A stretch of 64,000 bases of DNA from a virus (lineage: Duplodnaviria; Caudoviricetes), in IMG/VR virus record IMGVR_UViG_3300048503_000032, positions 1 to 64,000 of that record; one strand, written 5' to 3'. Shown piece by piece: positions 1-9,688 of the stretch (the stretch's first letter is position 1; every line of letters starts with the position of its first letter). A model generated the notes under the pieces. That model was not told where the DNA came from and did no database searches. It worked only from the letters and a program-made list of their open reading frames with translations. Made by a program: the position numbers and the translations under genes.

Positions 1-3000
1 GCAGAATGCTGAGCGGATAATCCGGGCGTATGCAGCGAAGCGGCGACGGATCTCGGTTGATATCGAGAGCGATGAAGAAGTTGGCGGCACGTTCACTATT
101 GGATTTTGTCCGAAGCCTGGACTTTCGTTCATCTTTGTTTACAACTACCCGAGCATCGAGCAGTCGGCGGAAGATGAGACCTATGTGCGAAATGTTGCTA
201 TTGGTCTATTGCAGGACGGCAAGGTTAAGAAGGCACTTCAGTTCGGTTGCTCGGATGTGTTGTCTCTGCGTAAGGATGATATTGAGGTCAAAGGGTTTGA
301 TTGGGATACGTACATCAGTGAGTATCTTTGGTACCCCGATGCGAAGGCATACGGACTTGAAGCTATTGCTGAGCGGCGGTATCCGCAGTTCTCTGGTTAT
401 AAGCACATCATCTTGCAGGATTTGTTGGATGGATTGCCAGAGGACGTGAAGGTGCCTACCGCAGTGAAGAACGCCGGTGTCGCCGCACAGCTCAAGTGGT
501 TGTCGAAGAATGGTCATTATCATCTGAGTCGATTGAAGCCTGAGACGTTGCGTCTCTACAACGGCGGTGATGCAGACTTGACGAAGCGACTGGAGATTGA
601 TGGTAAGAAGTATGTTGATAGTGCGGGGCGTGGTTTGCAGCCATTGGTGCGGACGTATATCGATCTCAGTTTCATTCTGAAGCTGATGGAGTCGCATGGC
701 CCGTATTTCGATACATGGCAGGCAGATCAGTTGATGCGGCTGTATCCGTATCTTGCGAATAAGCAGGCGGCGGTGTTGCGGAAGATGACGAGGAATCCGG
801 AGTTCAACCCAGGAAGCCCACAGCAGGTTTATGACTTCATTTACAAAAAGCTGAAGCTGGTTTATCCGTTGCGTAAGGGGAAACCTAACACGCAGAAGAA
901 GACGATGTTGATGTTGGGTCGTGAGCATCCGTTCCCGCCGGCGGTGGTGGAGTGGCGTAAGCGGAGCAAGGCGAATTCAACCATTGAAGGGTATAAGGAG
1001 GTTGCTCTCAAGTTCGGTGGTTGTCTAGTCACGAAGTGGAAGATGGATGGAACCGCTACTGGCCGTCTGTCGAGTAGCGGCGGTGATGCTGGCGGTACCA
1101 ATCTGCAAAACGTATCGAAAGACCCGCATATGCAGAACATGCTGGTCGCAGATAAACGCTGGCGCATTGTGTTTAATGCGATTACTGACATCTTGAAGCA
1201 TCAGCCTGAAGGCGACTGGGAAGAGTGCGTTGAGGGGTGGGTTCGTAGGCACATGCCTGATCTCAAGACGTTTTTGCTTCTCGATTACGGGCAGATCGAG
1301 ATTCGTTTAATGGCGATGCTGTCAGGCGATAAGAATCTACTTGCCGATTGCGCCAGCGATGATATCCATGCTGCGGTTGGTTCTGCTATGACCGGATGGG
1401 ATCCGCAGAAGATCAAGGATGACAATAAGACTCGTACTCTGACGAAGAATATTCATTTCGGTATGATCTATTTGATTGCCAAGCATAATCTGTATGACTT
1501 CATCAAGGCAATGGATCCGACGTCAGATGTAACTGAGAAGTTTGTGTCGGATGCCTATGATCGGTATTTCGCCCGTTACACTGGCGTTCGCGCGTACATG
1601 GATAAGCAGCAGGAGTTTGCGCAGGAGCATGGGTATGTTGAGACTGTGTTCGGTCTGCATCGCACTTTGAATGTTGGCGATGTCGAGAAGCCGAATAATT
1701 TTGGCGCTGATGGCGACGATGAGATGGACGTTGTATCTATGCAGGAAGGTAAGCAGGTATCGTGGCGTTCGCAGTCGGTCAACTGTGTAGATATGAAGAC
1801 AGAAGCTCTGACACAGCGTGGATGGGTGCGGGGCGATGATCTTCGTGTCGGCGATGTTCTCTTGACGAAGAGTATAGAGTCGGGACGGTTGGAGTGGCAG
1901 TCGGTGACGGTGGTAAAAGTGTACCCTGACTACGATAAGCCTTTGGTTGAGTTCAGATCAAAGACGTTTAGTGCAGCGTCGACTTCAGATCATCGGTGGC
2001 TTGTATCGGAACGTAAAGGTCGAGCAAAGGTTCTAACTCCGGTATGTAAGTTGACGTCTGAAGTGACACAGGAGATGCGGATTCATCGTGTCGGAGACTA
2101 CGCGGCTCCTCCGGTAGCGATTCATTCGGATGATTTTGTAAGATTGGCTGGATGGTATCTTACCGACGGGTCACGAGGGCAGACGGTGTCTGTGTGCTAT
2201 CTATGCCAGAGTCAGCGCGGTAATCCGAAGAAAGTAAAGCTAATTGATGGGTTGGTCAGTCGGATGGCAGCTGATGGATTACATTGCAGAACGAAGTGGC
2301 CGGAGAATAGAAAAGATGACGAGGTGTGGTGGTTTCTGTCGGGGCCGGTCAGTGCGAAGCTTCGTGTTTTGTTTCCTGACAGAGCGTTGACAGCTAATTT
2401 TTTGACTCAACTTACCGATAAACAACTGCGGATCTTGATGCATACGATGGTTTTAGGAGATGGAACTGGATCACGGTTGGACGCGTTAGAGTCGGTGTCG
2501 ATGGGATTGACTGGAAAGAGTCACGGCAAGATAGGATTTTGTACGTCGTCGAGAGAGCAGGCGGATGCGTTTCAAATGTTGGCGTCTTTGTGTGGTAGGC
2601 ATGCCACGATGGTTGAACGTGATTTATCTGTTTATAATGAGACTCGGAAGTCGTATGAGAGCATGCCGCACATAGCTCAGGTTGGTTTGCCTTTGTATGT
2701 GGTGACGCTTAATCAACGAAAGTACGCGGCGATTTACCCGGAGCATAAGCGGCAGATCAGGAATAAGGGTGTGTGGTGTCCGATGGTTCCCAATACGTAT
2801 TTTGTAGCTCGGCGTGATGGGCATGTTTTTGTGACCGGAAACACGCCGGTGCAGGGAACCGCACATCAGTTACTTGAGTGTGGCCTGGTCAATCATAGAC
2901 GGCAGCCTGAGAAGTATGCGGTGTTGAACGTGCCGTGTATGGACGTGCATGACGCTTTATACTATCGAGTTAACGTGCTGGAGATCCACGAGGCGTATCG

Positions 3001-3241
3001 CAAGGCTCGGTATTTGATGGAGCATGAATCACTAAAGACGGCGAAGAAGGACTTTCCACATATCAAGTGGACGGTACCGGTCGTAGTTGAAGCTGAAGCT
3101 GGATTACGTCTCGGGGCTAAGATCAAATTGAAGGATGACCAGTTCACCGTCGGCGGGTTTTTATTGTTGTGGTATGAGAAAACGAAGAAACAGATCATTG
3201 ACTTGAGGAAGCAGTTGGAGCAGGTACCGGAGGCAGCATGA
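1..3241 (+). CDS. polA: DNA polymerase family A with 3'-5' exonuclease, intein-containing (5' end lies outside the window)
   Basis: Frame of ORF 185..3241 is open back to base 2 and contains ExoI-like ISVDIES; TATGRLSS, NLQN, motif A LLDYGQIEIR, motif B RTLTKNIHFGMIY, N/TPVQGTA, motif C VHDA. Confidence 0.95.
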   Translation, partial: QNAERIIRAYAAKRRRISVDIESDEEVGGTFTIGFCPKPGLSFIFVYNYPSIEQSAEDETYVRNVAIGLLQDGKVKKALQFGCSDVLSLRKDDIEVKGFDWDTYISEYLWYPDAKAYGLEAIAERRYPQFSGYKHIILQDLLDGLPEDVKVPTAVKNAGVAAQLKWLSKNGHYHLSRLKPETLRLYNGGDADLTKRLEIDGKKYVDSAGRGLQPLVRTYIDLSFILKLMESHGPYFDTWQADQLMRLYPYLANKQAAVLRKMTRNPEFNPGSPQQVYDFIYKKLKLVYPLRKGKPNTQKKTMLMLGREHPFPPAVVEWRKRSKANSTIEGYKEVALKFGGCLVTKWKMDGTATGRLSSSGGDAGGTNLQNVSKDPHMQNMLVADKRWRIVFNAITDILKHQPEGDWEECVEGWVRRHMPDLKTFLLLDYGQIEIRLMAMLSGDKNLLADCASDDIHAAVGSAMTGWDPQKIKDDNKTRTLTKNIHFGMIYLIAKHNLYDFIKAMDPTSDVTEKFVSDAYDRYFARYTGVRAYMDKQQEFAQEHGYVETVFGLHRTLNVGDVEKPNNFGADGDDEMDVVSMQEGKQVSWRSQSVNCVDMKTEALTQRGWVRGDDLRVGDVLLTKSIESGRLEWQSVTVVKVYPDYDKPLVEFRSKTFSAASTSDHRWLVSERKGRAKVLTPVCKLTSEVTQEMRIHRVGDYAAPPVAIHSDDFVRLAGWYLTDGSRGQTVSVCYLCQSQRGNPKKVKLIDGLVSRMAADGLHCRTKWPENRKDDEVWWFLSGPVSAKLRVLFPDRALTANFLTQLTDKQLRILMHTMVLGDGTGSRLDALESVSMGLTGKSHGKIGFCTSSREQADAFQMLASLCGRHATMVERDLSVYNETRKSYESMPHIAQVGLPLYVVTLNQRKYAAIYPEHKRQIRNKGVWCPMVPNTYFVARRDGHVFVTGNTPVQGTAHQLLECGLVNHRRQPEKYAVLNVPCMDVHDALYYRVNVLEIHEAYRKARYLMEHESLKTAKKDFPHIKWTVPVVVEAEAGLRLGAKIKLKDDQFTVGGFLLLWYEKTKKQIIDLRKQLEQVPEAA
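1784..2842 (+). mobile_element. Intein with LAGLIDADG homing endonuclease in the DNA polymerase (353 aa)
   Basis: Starts CVDMKTEALTQRGW, ends VFVTGN followed by Thr; removal restores VN-TPVQGTA; LAGLIDADG-like LAGWYLTDG and MHTMVLGDG. Confidence 0.93.
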
Positions 3242-3654
3242 TCGACAGGTTCGATGGTGACAATAGGTTTCTGTCCAATTTCTATAAGTGGGCAGTGAGG
3301 TTTGAGGGGATCGTTTATCCTTCGGTGGAGTGTGCATTCCAAGCAGCGAAGACGACCGATGTGGATTTGCGGATCGACTTCATCGAGATGACGTCGGCTC
3401 AGGCCAAGCATGCCGGTCGCAGGTTGAAGTTGCGTGCTGACTGGGAACAGGTGAAGCTCGGCATCATGGAGCAGTTGCTGACGGCCAAGTTCTCAGACAA
3501 GCCTATGCGTCAGAAGCTCATGGCGACGGGGAATCAACAGCTGGTCGAAGGTAATGACTGGCATGACGCATTCTGGGGAGTCTGCGACGGCGTCGGAGAG
3601 AATCATCTTGGTCGGTTGATCATGAAGGTGCGTGACCAGTTGCGCAGGACGTAG
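3238..3654 (+). CDS. NADAR (YbiA-like) family protein
   Basis: FLSNFY, YPSVECAFQAAK, LRADWEQVK..IM..LL.AKF, LVEGN.W.D.FWG..G.GENHLGRLIM. Confidence 0.93.
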   Translation: MIDRFDGDNRFLSNFYKWAVRFEGIVYPSVECAFQAAKTTDVDLRIDFIEMTSAQAKHAGRRLKLRADWEQVKLGIMEQLLTAKFSDKPMRQKLMATGNQQLVEGNDWHDAFWGVCDGVGENHLGRLIMKVRDQLRRT

Positions 3655-3671
3655 GGCGGATTCTCTATAGT
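3648..3671 (+). promoter_or_regulatory. Class B promoter GACG-N14-TATAGT; ATG 3678 lies 6 nt downstream (probably leaderless)
   Basis: Same spacing recurs at 10 other sites; no SD before 3678. Confidence 0.7.
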
Positions 3672-3677
3672 GAGTGC

Positions 3678-4193
3678 ATGGCTATCACAGCAGAATCGTT
3701 GATTCAGAGTCTCGCGTTAGTGGACGAGAATATCCTGGCTGAGGCAGCACGTCAGCCTATTCTGTTCATCGACGCTGCGCGGTACCGTGTGGGGGCCATG
3801 CGTCGGCGCGCACAGGCGGCAGCGGAGTTGGATGCTACGCGGAGTAGGGTCGCTCTGGTGCTACGTGCACGGAACAACAGCGGTGAGCGTGAGAAGAAGC
3901 TGACCGATGCCGGGGTGAAGGACAAGGTTGAGACACAGACGGCTGTTCGCACCTTGCGCGCTGGTATGGAGCGGGCCTATGAGGTGGAGGAACTGTCGAA
4001 GCTGATTCTGGAGGCTTATCGTATGCGGCGTGACGCGATTCGCGTGATCGCTGAAACACAAATAGCAGAAGGCATGCGTGGGTCGAAAGAGGTAGAGCGC
4101 ATTGAGCAGACTCGCAAGATTCACGCTCGGGCACGGACGTTGGATGCGCGCAGGAATCAGGTTCAACCTGACGAGGGGAACGATGTCGATTGA
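3678..4193 (+). CDS. UvsY-like recombination mediator
   Basis: Helical protein (ILAEAARQP, LTDAGVKDKVE) next to SSB and RecA. Confidence 0.5.
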   Translation: MAITAESLIQSLALVDENILAEAARQPILFIDAARYRVGAMRRRAQAAAELDATRSRVALVLRARNNSGEREKKLTDAGVKDKVETQTAVRTLRAGMERAYEVEELSKLILEAYRMRRDAIRVIAETQIAEGMRGSKEVERIEQTRKIHARARTLDARRNQVQPDEGNDVD

Positions 4194-4350
4194 GAATGCA
4201 GTTGCTCTGGCGCGGGTACTTGAGTGCTTGGACGGAGAGAAGGTGTATCCGTTCGGGCATCCGTTGCATCGGCCTGTGTTCGATCCGACTCAGTGTGTAG
4301 CTGTGCTGGATTCGGTGACGACGATTGAGGTGCAGCTAGAAGATGAGTAA
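4183..4350 (+). CDS. hypothetical protein
   Basis: ATG 4183 with GAGG SD, overlaps neighbours. Confidence 0.55.
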   Translation: MSIENAVALARVLECLDGEKVYPFGHPLHRPVFDPTQCVAVLDSVTTIEVQLEDE

Positions 4351-4672
4351 GCCCATCAGCAAACTCGGAATCACCGGCGTGACGGTCAGCGTGCAGATCG
4401 CTGATACGTCATATGGAGCTGGCGCGACTCACTTCACGTCGGTCAGCTCACGCTTGCCGGATAATGTCGAAGGCTTGCAGATGTCTGCGGACGAGGTTAT
4501 TCAGGACGGCATCGATAAGTATTTGGCCGCGTGGCAGGTGGTCATGCAGGCTAGGCTGGCAGAATCGGCCATCAGTGTGCGCGAATATAAGAACGAGACG
4601 ATGCGTGTATTGACTAGAATTAAGCAGGTTCGGGCACTCTATAAGAAGTTGGTTCAGGCGGAAGCCGTATAG
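4343..4672 (+). CDS. hypothetical protein
   Basis: Operon packing, 109 aa. Confidence 0.7.
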   Translation: MSKPISKLGITGVTVSVQIADTSYGAGATHFTSVSSRLPDNVEGLQMSADEVIQDGIDKYLAAWQVVMQARLAESAISVREYKNETMRVLTRIKQVRALYKKLVQAEAV

Positions 4673-4696
4673 CAAGACGAGAAAAGGAGACTTCAG

Positions 4697-5926
4697 ATGG
4701 GATTTGACGAACGTGACTATGCAAGGAAGCGGGCTGAGGCGAGAAAGCAATCGTCGTGGTTCAAACTGGCAGTGGGGGATAATTGCTTCCGCATCATTCC
4801 CACGCCGCCGACCGACAATGTGAAGACCAACTTCTTCGAGTACGCCATTCACCGCGAGGTCGGCCCACGCAAGCAGACGGTACGCTGCGGTGTTGACATC
4901 GATCCGCAGACAGGCGATCAGGTCGGCGAGTGCTGGCTTTGCGATACCAAGATCCCGGCGCTCAAGGCGAAGAAGCAGGAGAGCAGGGCGACTGCGCTGG
5001 CAGCCAAGTCTCAGCTCATCATGCAGGTTGCCAAGGTTGAAGAGCTGGGCGAGGGCAAGCTGAAGTTTGCCGGCCCGTTCCTGTTCACGCCTGCACCGAC
5101 CATCGGCAACCAGTTGTTGGCTTCGATTTTCGGCAACCGCAAGCGCAGCTACGTTGACCCGAAGAAGGGCTACAACCTCAACATCAGCCGGACGGGGACT
5201 GGGCGCAACGACACCCGTTACGGAATCATCGAGCCCGATCAAGACCCGACCGTGGTGCCGCAGTCTTTGATCGACAAGGTGAAGGCGTTTGAGGATCTGA
5301 AAGAGATCCCGGTGTATTCGCAGGCGAAGCAGCAAGCGGCATACATGGGTCAGGATGTGGTCGACGAGCAGGAGGAGGAAGAGCAGCCGCGGCGTTCGGC
5401 TACTCGCAAGCCTGTGGCACCTGAGCCTGAAGACGATGATCTGCCAGAAGACGACGTTGTCGAAGATGACGAGTCGGCTGAGGCGGATATCGATCCGGAT
5501 GCAGAGGGGGAGGATGTCATCGACGACATCGACGATGAGCCGGAACCTCCGACTCGCAAGAAGACGGGATCAGTTCCCGCTCCCAAGGCGACGGCTCGGC
5601 CAGCGCGCAAGGCTGTGGTACCCGATCCTGACGAAGACGAGGCGGAAGATGCAGATCCCGATGCCGAGGATATTCCTGATGATCTGGACGAGGACATCGA
5701 TCTCGACGCTGTGGATGATGCCGATCTCGATGTGGATGCAGACGAGGGCGATGTCATCGACGATGAGCCGGATACTCCGCCAGTGCGCAAGGCACGACCT
5801 GTTGCGGCGGCAGCCAAGCCCGCAGCACGGCCAGCTTCACGACCGGCATCCCCACCGGCTCGGCCAGCGGCGAGGGCTGCGGCACCGGCTGCGAAGCCTG
5901 CTCTGAGGCCCAAGGCACGGCGGTAG
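4697..5926 (+). CDS. gp32-like single-stranded DNA-binding protein with long acidic and Ala/Pro/Lys/Arg-rich tail
   Basis: FRIIP, H..RC..CWLCD putative Zn site, KGYNLNISRTGTG.NDTRY; D/E-rich C-terminal half; AAGGAG SD. Confidence 0.8.
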   Translation: MGFDERDYARKRAEARKQSSWFKLAVGDNCFRIIPTPPTDNVKTNFFEYAIHREVGPRKQTVRCGVDIDPQTGDQVGECWLCDTKIPALKAKKQESRATALAAKSQLIMQVAKVEELGEGKLKFAGPFLFTPAPTIGNQLLASIFGNRKRSYVDPKKGYNLNISRTGTGRNDTRYGIIEPDQDPTVVPQSLIDKVKAFEDLKEIPVYSQAKQQAAYMGQDVVDEQEEEEQPRRSATRKPVAPEPEDDDLPEDDVVEDDESAEADIDPDAEGEDVIDDIDDEPEPPTRKKTGSVPAPKATARPARKAVVPDPDEDEAEDADPDAEDIPDDLDEDIDLDAVDDADLDVDADEGDVIDDEPDTPPVRKARPVAAAAKPAARPASRPASPPARPAARAAAPAAKPALRPKARR

Positions 5927-5942
5927 TTCACGATCAACCTGG

Positions 5943-5975
5943 GATGAGGCTCGGCGAAGAGTCGGGCCTCGTTTC
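5943..5975 (+). terminator. Stem-loop after SSB (terminator or processing site)
   Basis: GATGAGGCTCGGC-gaaga-GTCGGGCCTCGTT followed by T. Confidence 0.5.
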
Positions 5976-5994
5976 ATAACTGGAGGATGTTGCG

Positions 5995-7170
5995 GTGCCA
6001 TTGAAACCCAAAGCGAAGAAGAACGGGATGCCAAAGCGACAGCTGTCAGCTGCTGAGCAGCATATGCGCGCGCATTGTCTGTCGGCAGAAGAGCTGGCAG
6101 TCGAAGAGGATGCGGCGGAAGTTGCAGAGCCTGAAGTAGAAGCGGAGCAGGCGCAGTCGTCTGCGATGCTCGACATCGATGGCGATGCTGTCCAGTCGAG
6201 CGTTCAGAAGCTGCTTAAGATGTCGGCGTTCGAGCCTACACATCGTTACTGGCTGGACTTAGGCAACGAGTATGCGAACGCGGTATTCGGATCGAGGGAG
6301 AAGGGTGTTCCTTACGGGAAGGTGATGGAGATCAGTGGGGCGGAGCATTGCGGTAAGACTTTGATCTCGAACGTGTTGATGGGGATGGCGCAGCAGGATG
6401 GAGCAGCGGCTGGATATATCGACTTGGAGGATAGCCGAGACGGGATATGGTCGACGAAGTTGGGTGTGAACTGGGCGGCGGTGACCAAGTTCTACTATGA
6501 GCTGGTGATGGCGTCGTGGAAGTGTAAATGTGGAGCGACGAATCCTGGATCATTGGAGCCGACGCAGTTTTGTACGAAATGCGGAAAGCCTCGCAAGGGG
6601 ATAGTACCTCCGCCGACATTGCTCAGCGCAGAGCAGATTTTCGAGCAGGCGGAATCGGCGATGTACAAGCTGTCCAAGCTCGGGGCGCAGAAGCAGTTCT
6701 GGTTTCTTGACTCGATTGCGATGATCGTGACGGCCAAGCAGTACGAGGTGGGGTTGGCCGACTCATCGATGAATAGCAAGTTGGACAGGGCTATGTTCCT
6801 GTCCACGCTGTTGCCGCGCTGGTCTGGAATCGCAGCGAATTACAACGCGACGATCCTGGTGTCCAACCAGTTGAGGGCAAAGTTTGGATTTACTGGCTAT
6901 GGGGATTCAGACGAGACGACTGGAGGTAAGGCGCTAAGGCATGTATGCTCGATTAGAATTCGCGGCCGGCGTGTCAAGGGCGGTAGACTGAAGAATGGCA
7001 AGCAGGTTGTAGGCTTGGCTGGCGCGCTGCGCAATGTGAAGAACAAGGCTGGCGAGGGTTCGCAGGAAGGTTGCGAATGCGGATTTAAGATTTTATGGAA
7101 TCGGCCTAAGGCTAGTGTGGATTTTATGTCGATTGATGAGTTGAATAAAGAAATGGGAGGGGATGACTAA
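5995..7170 (+). CDS. RecA/UvsX-like recombinase with Zn-ribbon insertion
   Basis: GVPYGKVMEISGAEHCGKT, YIDLE, FLDSIA, NQLRAK, TTGGKALRH, KNK. Confidence 0.92.
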   Translation: MPLKPKAKKNGMPKRQLSAAEQHMRAHCLSAEELAVEEDAAEVAEPEVEAEQAQSSAMLDIDGDAVQSSVQKLLKMSAFEPTHRYWLDLGNEYANAVFGSREKGVPYGKVMEISGAEHCGKTLISNVLMGMAQQDGAAAGYIDLEDSRDGIWSTKLGVNWAAVTKFYYELVMASWKCKCGATNPGSLEPTQFCTKCGKPRKGIVPPPTLLSAEQIFEQAESAMYKLSKLGAQKQFWFLDSIAMIVTAKQYEVGLADSSMNSKLDRAMFLSTLLPRWSGIAANYNATILVSNQLRAKFGFTGYGDSDETTGGKALRHVCSIRIRGRRVKGGRLKNGKQVVGLAGALRNVKNKAGEGSQEGCECGFKILWNRPKASVDFMSIDELNKEMGGDD

Positions 7171-7633
7171 CATGGCAACACAGCACAAGCATACGGATGC
7201 GGTAGCAACGACTGGAGCAAAGGCTTCAGTTGAGACGGTTACGGAGGATCGAGGCCAGGGCGACGCGGTAGACACAATTAGTGGTCTACGGGAGCAGGAG
7301 CGCATCGCAGAGCGGTTACTGGCTTCAGAGCGCGTGACGCATGGGCATGAACTTAATCGGCTGCACGAGATCATTCAGCAGTTGCAGGGACGGCGTGTGG
7401 ATGTTCCGTCAGTGGCAGCCGATCCGAGGACTCCGCGCGAGGCGGTCAGCTACATAATCTCGTTCTTCGAGGATGTGGCTCTGGGCGGCGCGGCTACGGA
7501 TTTACGCAAGGCTGTTCATCATGCGGCGGCGGATTTGTCGCAGGATGAGAAGATGAAGCTGCGCGAGTTCACCAGTCGTTTGAAGTATGCGGCGGAAGCA
7601 GTCGATCAGGAAGCGACATTGCTGGCGGTCTAA
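7163..7633 (+). CDS. hypothetical protein
   Basis: GGAGG SD, operon packing. Confidence 0.7.
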   Translation: MTNMATQHKHTDAVATTGAKASVETVTEDRGQGDAVDTISGLREQERIAERLLASERVTHGHELNRLHEIIQQLQGRRVDVPSVAADPRTPREAVSYIISFFEDVALGGAATDLRKAVHHAAADLSQDEKMKLREFTSRLKYAAEAVDQEATLLAV

Positions 7634-7642
7634 GGAGAAGCT

Positions 7643-7966
7643 GTGCGGTTTATCTGTGGTACGACGAAGGACGACAGGCGGAGAATCTTCTACGCGGAGT
7701 CGGCTCCAACCATCGAGAATATCGGTGATCTGACGGAGCAGCTCTCGGAGGAGACCTACGACTGGGGATTGTTGGCAGCGGTGCATGCGAGTGAATGTAC
7801 GGCTCGCATCATTCTGCTGGCGGTCACTGGCGTGAACGACGCTTTCCGTTGCGCGCGGTTATACGCGGAGCAGGTGGTTCGCCCTAAGTTGAATACCGAC
7901 AGGATGTGGATATTGCCGGTGGAGGAGGTAGAGTCGTGGCTGAGGGAAAACAGACTGATAATGTAG
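7643..7966 (+). CDS. hypothetical protein
   Basis: AAGGAG SD, GTG start. Confidence 0.7.
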   Translation: MRFICGTTKDDRRRIFYAESAPTIENIGDLTEQLSEETYDWGLLAAVHASECTARIILLAVTGVNDAFRCARLYAEQVVRPKLNTDRMWILPVEEVESWLRENRLIM

Positions 7967-8967
7967 GACAGCAGCTATCTCTCTCGGCACGGCCTAAGAC
8001 GTTGGATGGTCTGCTCGGACAAGACAAGCTCATAGCGGCTATTCGTGGTCATTTCAAGTCGGGCCGGTATCCGAAGGCTTGGCTGTTTGCGGGTACGAAG
8101 GGCACTGGCAAGACGACCACGGCCAGGATTCTGGCGCTGTCGTATCAATGCACCCACCAGAAGACGTTTGGCAGACCTTGTTTGGAGTGCCGCCGCAATA
8201 AAACCAACTTCCAGATTACTGAAATCTCGGCGGCTGTGCTGTCCAAGAAAGAGGACATGGCGGGAGCCTTGGCGGGCGCTCACTCAGGTGTGATGGGCGA
8301 CGGCGCGTATCGGGTCTACATCATCAATGAGATCCAGCGGGCTGGGCCAGGGTGTCTCAGTCAGTTTCTGGACATGCTTGAGGATACGCCGCCATCGACG
8401 GTGTTCATCTTCACCACGACGGAACCAGGCAGATTGTCGGATGCGTTCCGCTCGCGGTGTATCAGTTACGAGTTCCGCGACTTGGAGATGTCGGATGTTG
8501 AGAAGCTGGTTGAGCGGTTGCTGACGAAGATCGGCAGCGACTTACCGGCGGATCGGCTGTCGAACGCTCTTGCGGATAATATGGTGCGTTCGCCGCGGCT
8601 GATTGCACAGGCTGTCGAGAAGTATTGCGCGGGATGTGATCCGGCGGATGCCGCGATGGTTAGCGGGGCAGCGACGATTGACATTCTCGGATTGTCTCGC
8701 GCAATCACACGCGGGCACTGGGATGAAGCTGCACGGTACTTACAGAATGTGGATGGCGGAGATGCTCGGGCCTTGCGTGTGTTGTTGTTGAGCTATTTGA
8801 AGACGCAGTTGCTGGAGACTCCCGATATGGGGCCGCGCGGTGACGCAGTAGCCAAAGCGATATTGTTGATGTCATCGGTGGCTAACGCGGAGGATGCGGT
8901 TGTATTTGCAGCCATCTGTTCCAGCTGCTACACCCTTTGCATCCTTTTCAGCAAGTATAGTTTTTGA
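7906..8967 (+). CDS. dnaX: DnaX (Pol III gamma/tau)-like clamp-loader AAA+ ATPase; start uncertain
   Basis: RPKTLDGLLGQ, AWLFAGTKGTGKTTTARILA, Cys Zn module, FIFTTTEP, SRC sensor motif. Confidence 0.88.
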   Translation: MDIAGGGGRVVAEGKQTDNVGQQLSLSARPKTLDGLLGQDKLIAAIRGHFKSGRYPKAWLFAGTKGTGKTTTARILALSYQCTHQKTFGRPCLECRRNKTNFQITEISAAVLSKKEDMAGALAGAHSGVMGDGAYRVYIINEIQRAGPGCLSQFLDMLEDTPPSTVFIFTTTEPGRLSDAFRSRCISYEFRDLEMSDVEKLVERLLTKIGSDLPADRLSNALADNMVRSPRLIAQAVEKYCAGCDPADAAMVSGAATIDILGLSRAITRGHWDEAARYLQNVDGGDARALRVLLLSYLKTQLLETPDMGPRGDAVAKAILLMSSVANAEDAVVFAAICSSCYTLCILFSKYSF

Positions 8968-8973
8968 GGTATA

Positions 8974-9687
8974 ATGGGGCATCGGGTGTTGTATCACCCA
9001 GCTTTCGCTATCGATCCACTGGAGGTGGATGAGATGCCCCACGAATTGAGTATACCCTACGGATTCTGCCATTGCGGTTGCGGTCAGCGGACTGTTGTGT
9101 GCATGCATACGGACAGACGTAAAGGTCATGTTAAGGGAGTACCTGTTAGTTATGTAAACGGGCATAATGGTCGTCAGCCACGACTGCCGATTCGCTTCGG
9201 AAGGTTGGATGGTAAGTCTGTAGCCTATATCCCTTTGACGCAGGGCAAGTGGGCAATTATTGATCGGGAAGATTTGGAGCGTGTCCCTGGTGTTTGGTAT
9301 GTGATTCCTGGTGGTTATGTGTGCCAGATGTGTGGCTCTAAGACTATCTATATGCATGTTGTGATTTTGCCGTCGCCAGATGGAATGGAGACAGATCATA
9401 GGTTCGGAGATAAACTTGATAATCGTAAGGCTCAACTTCGGATCACGACTCACCGCCAGAATACATGCAATAGGAATTTGAATGTCAATAACAGGAGTGG
9501 TTACAAAGGAGTGAGCTGGCGTAAATCTAGCGGATGTTGGCGCGTGTCTTTGGCGGCGGATGGGAAGCTTTTACATGTCGGATATTTTAAGGCTGACAAA
9601 CTTATCGAGGCTGCTAAGGCATACGACGCAGCGGCGATTAAGTATCATGGAGAGTACGCAAGATTGAATTTTCCGGTAAAAGGATAG
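8974..9687 (+). CDS. HNH-AP2 homing endonuclease (start may be ATG 9034)
   Basis: CHCGCG, TDHRFGDKLDNRKAQLR, SGYKGVSW, AAKAYDAAAIKYHGEYARLNF. Confidence 0.9.
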   Translation: MGHRVLYHPAFAIDPLEVDEMPHELSIPYGFCHCGCGQRTVVCMHTDRRKGHVKGVPVSYVNGHNGRQPRLPIRFGRLDGKSVAYIPLTQGKWAIIDREDLERVPGVWYVIPGGYVCQMCGSKTIYMHVVILPSPDGMETDHRFGDKLDNRKAQLRITTHRQNTCNRNLNVNNRSGYKGVSWRKSSGCWRVSLAADGKLLHVGYFKADKLIEAAKAYDAAAIKYHGEYARLNFPVKG

Positions 9688-9688
9688 T

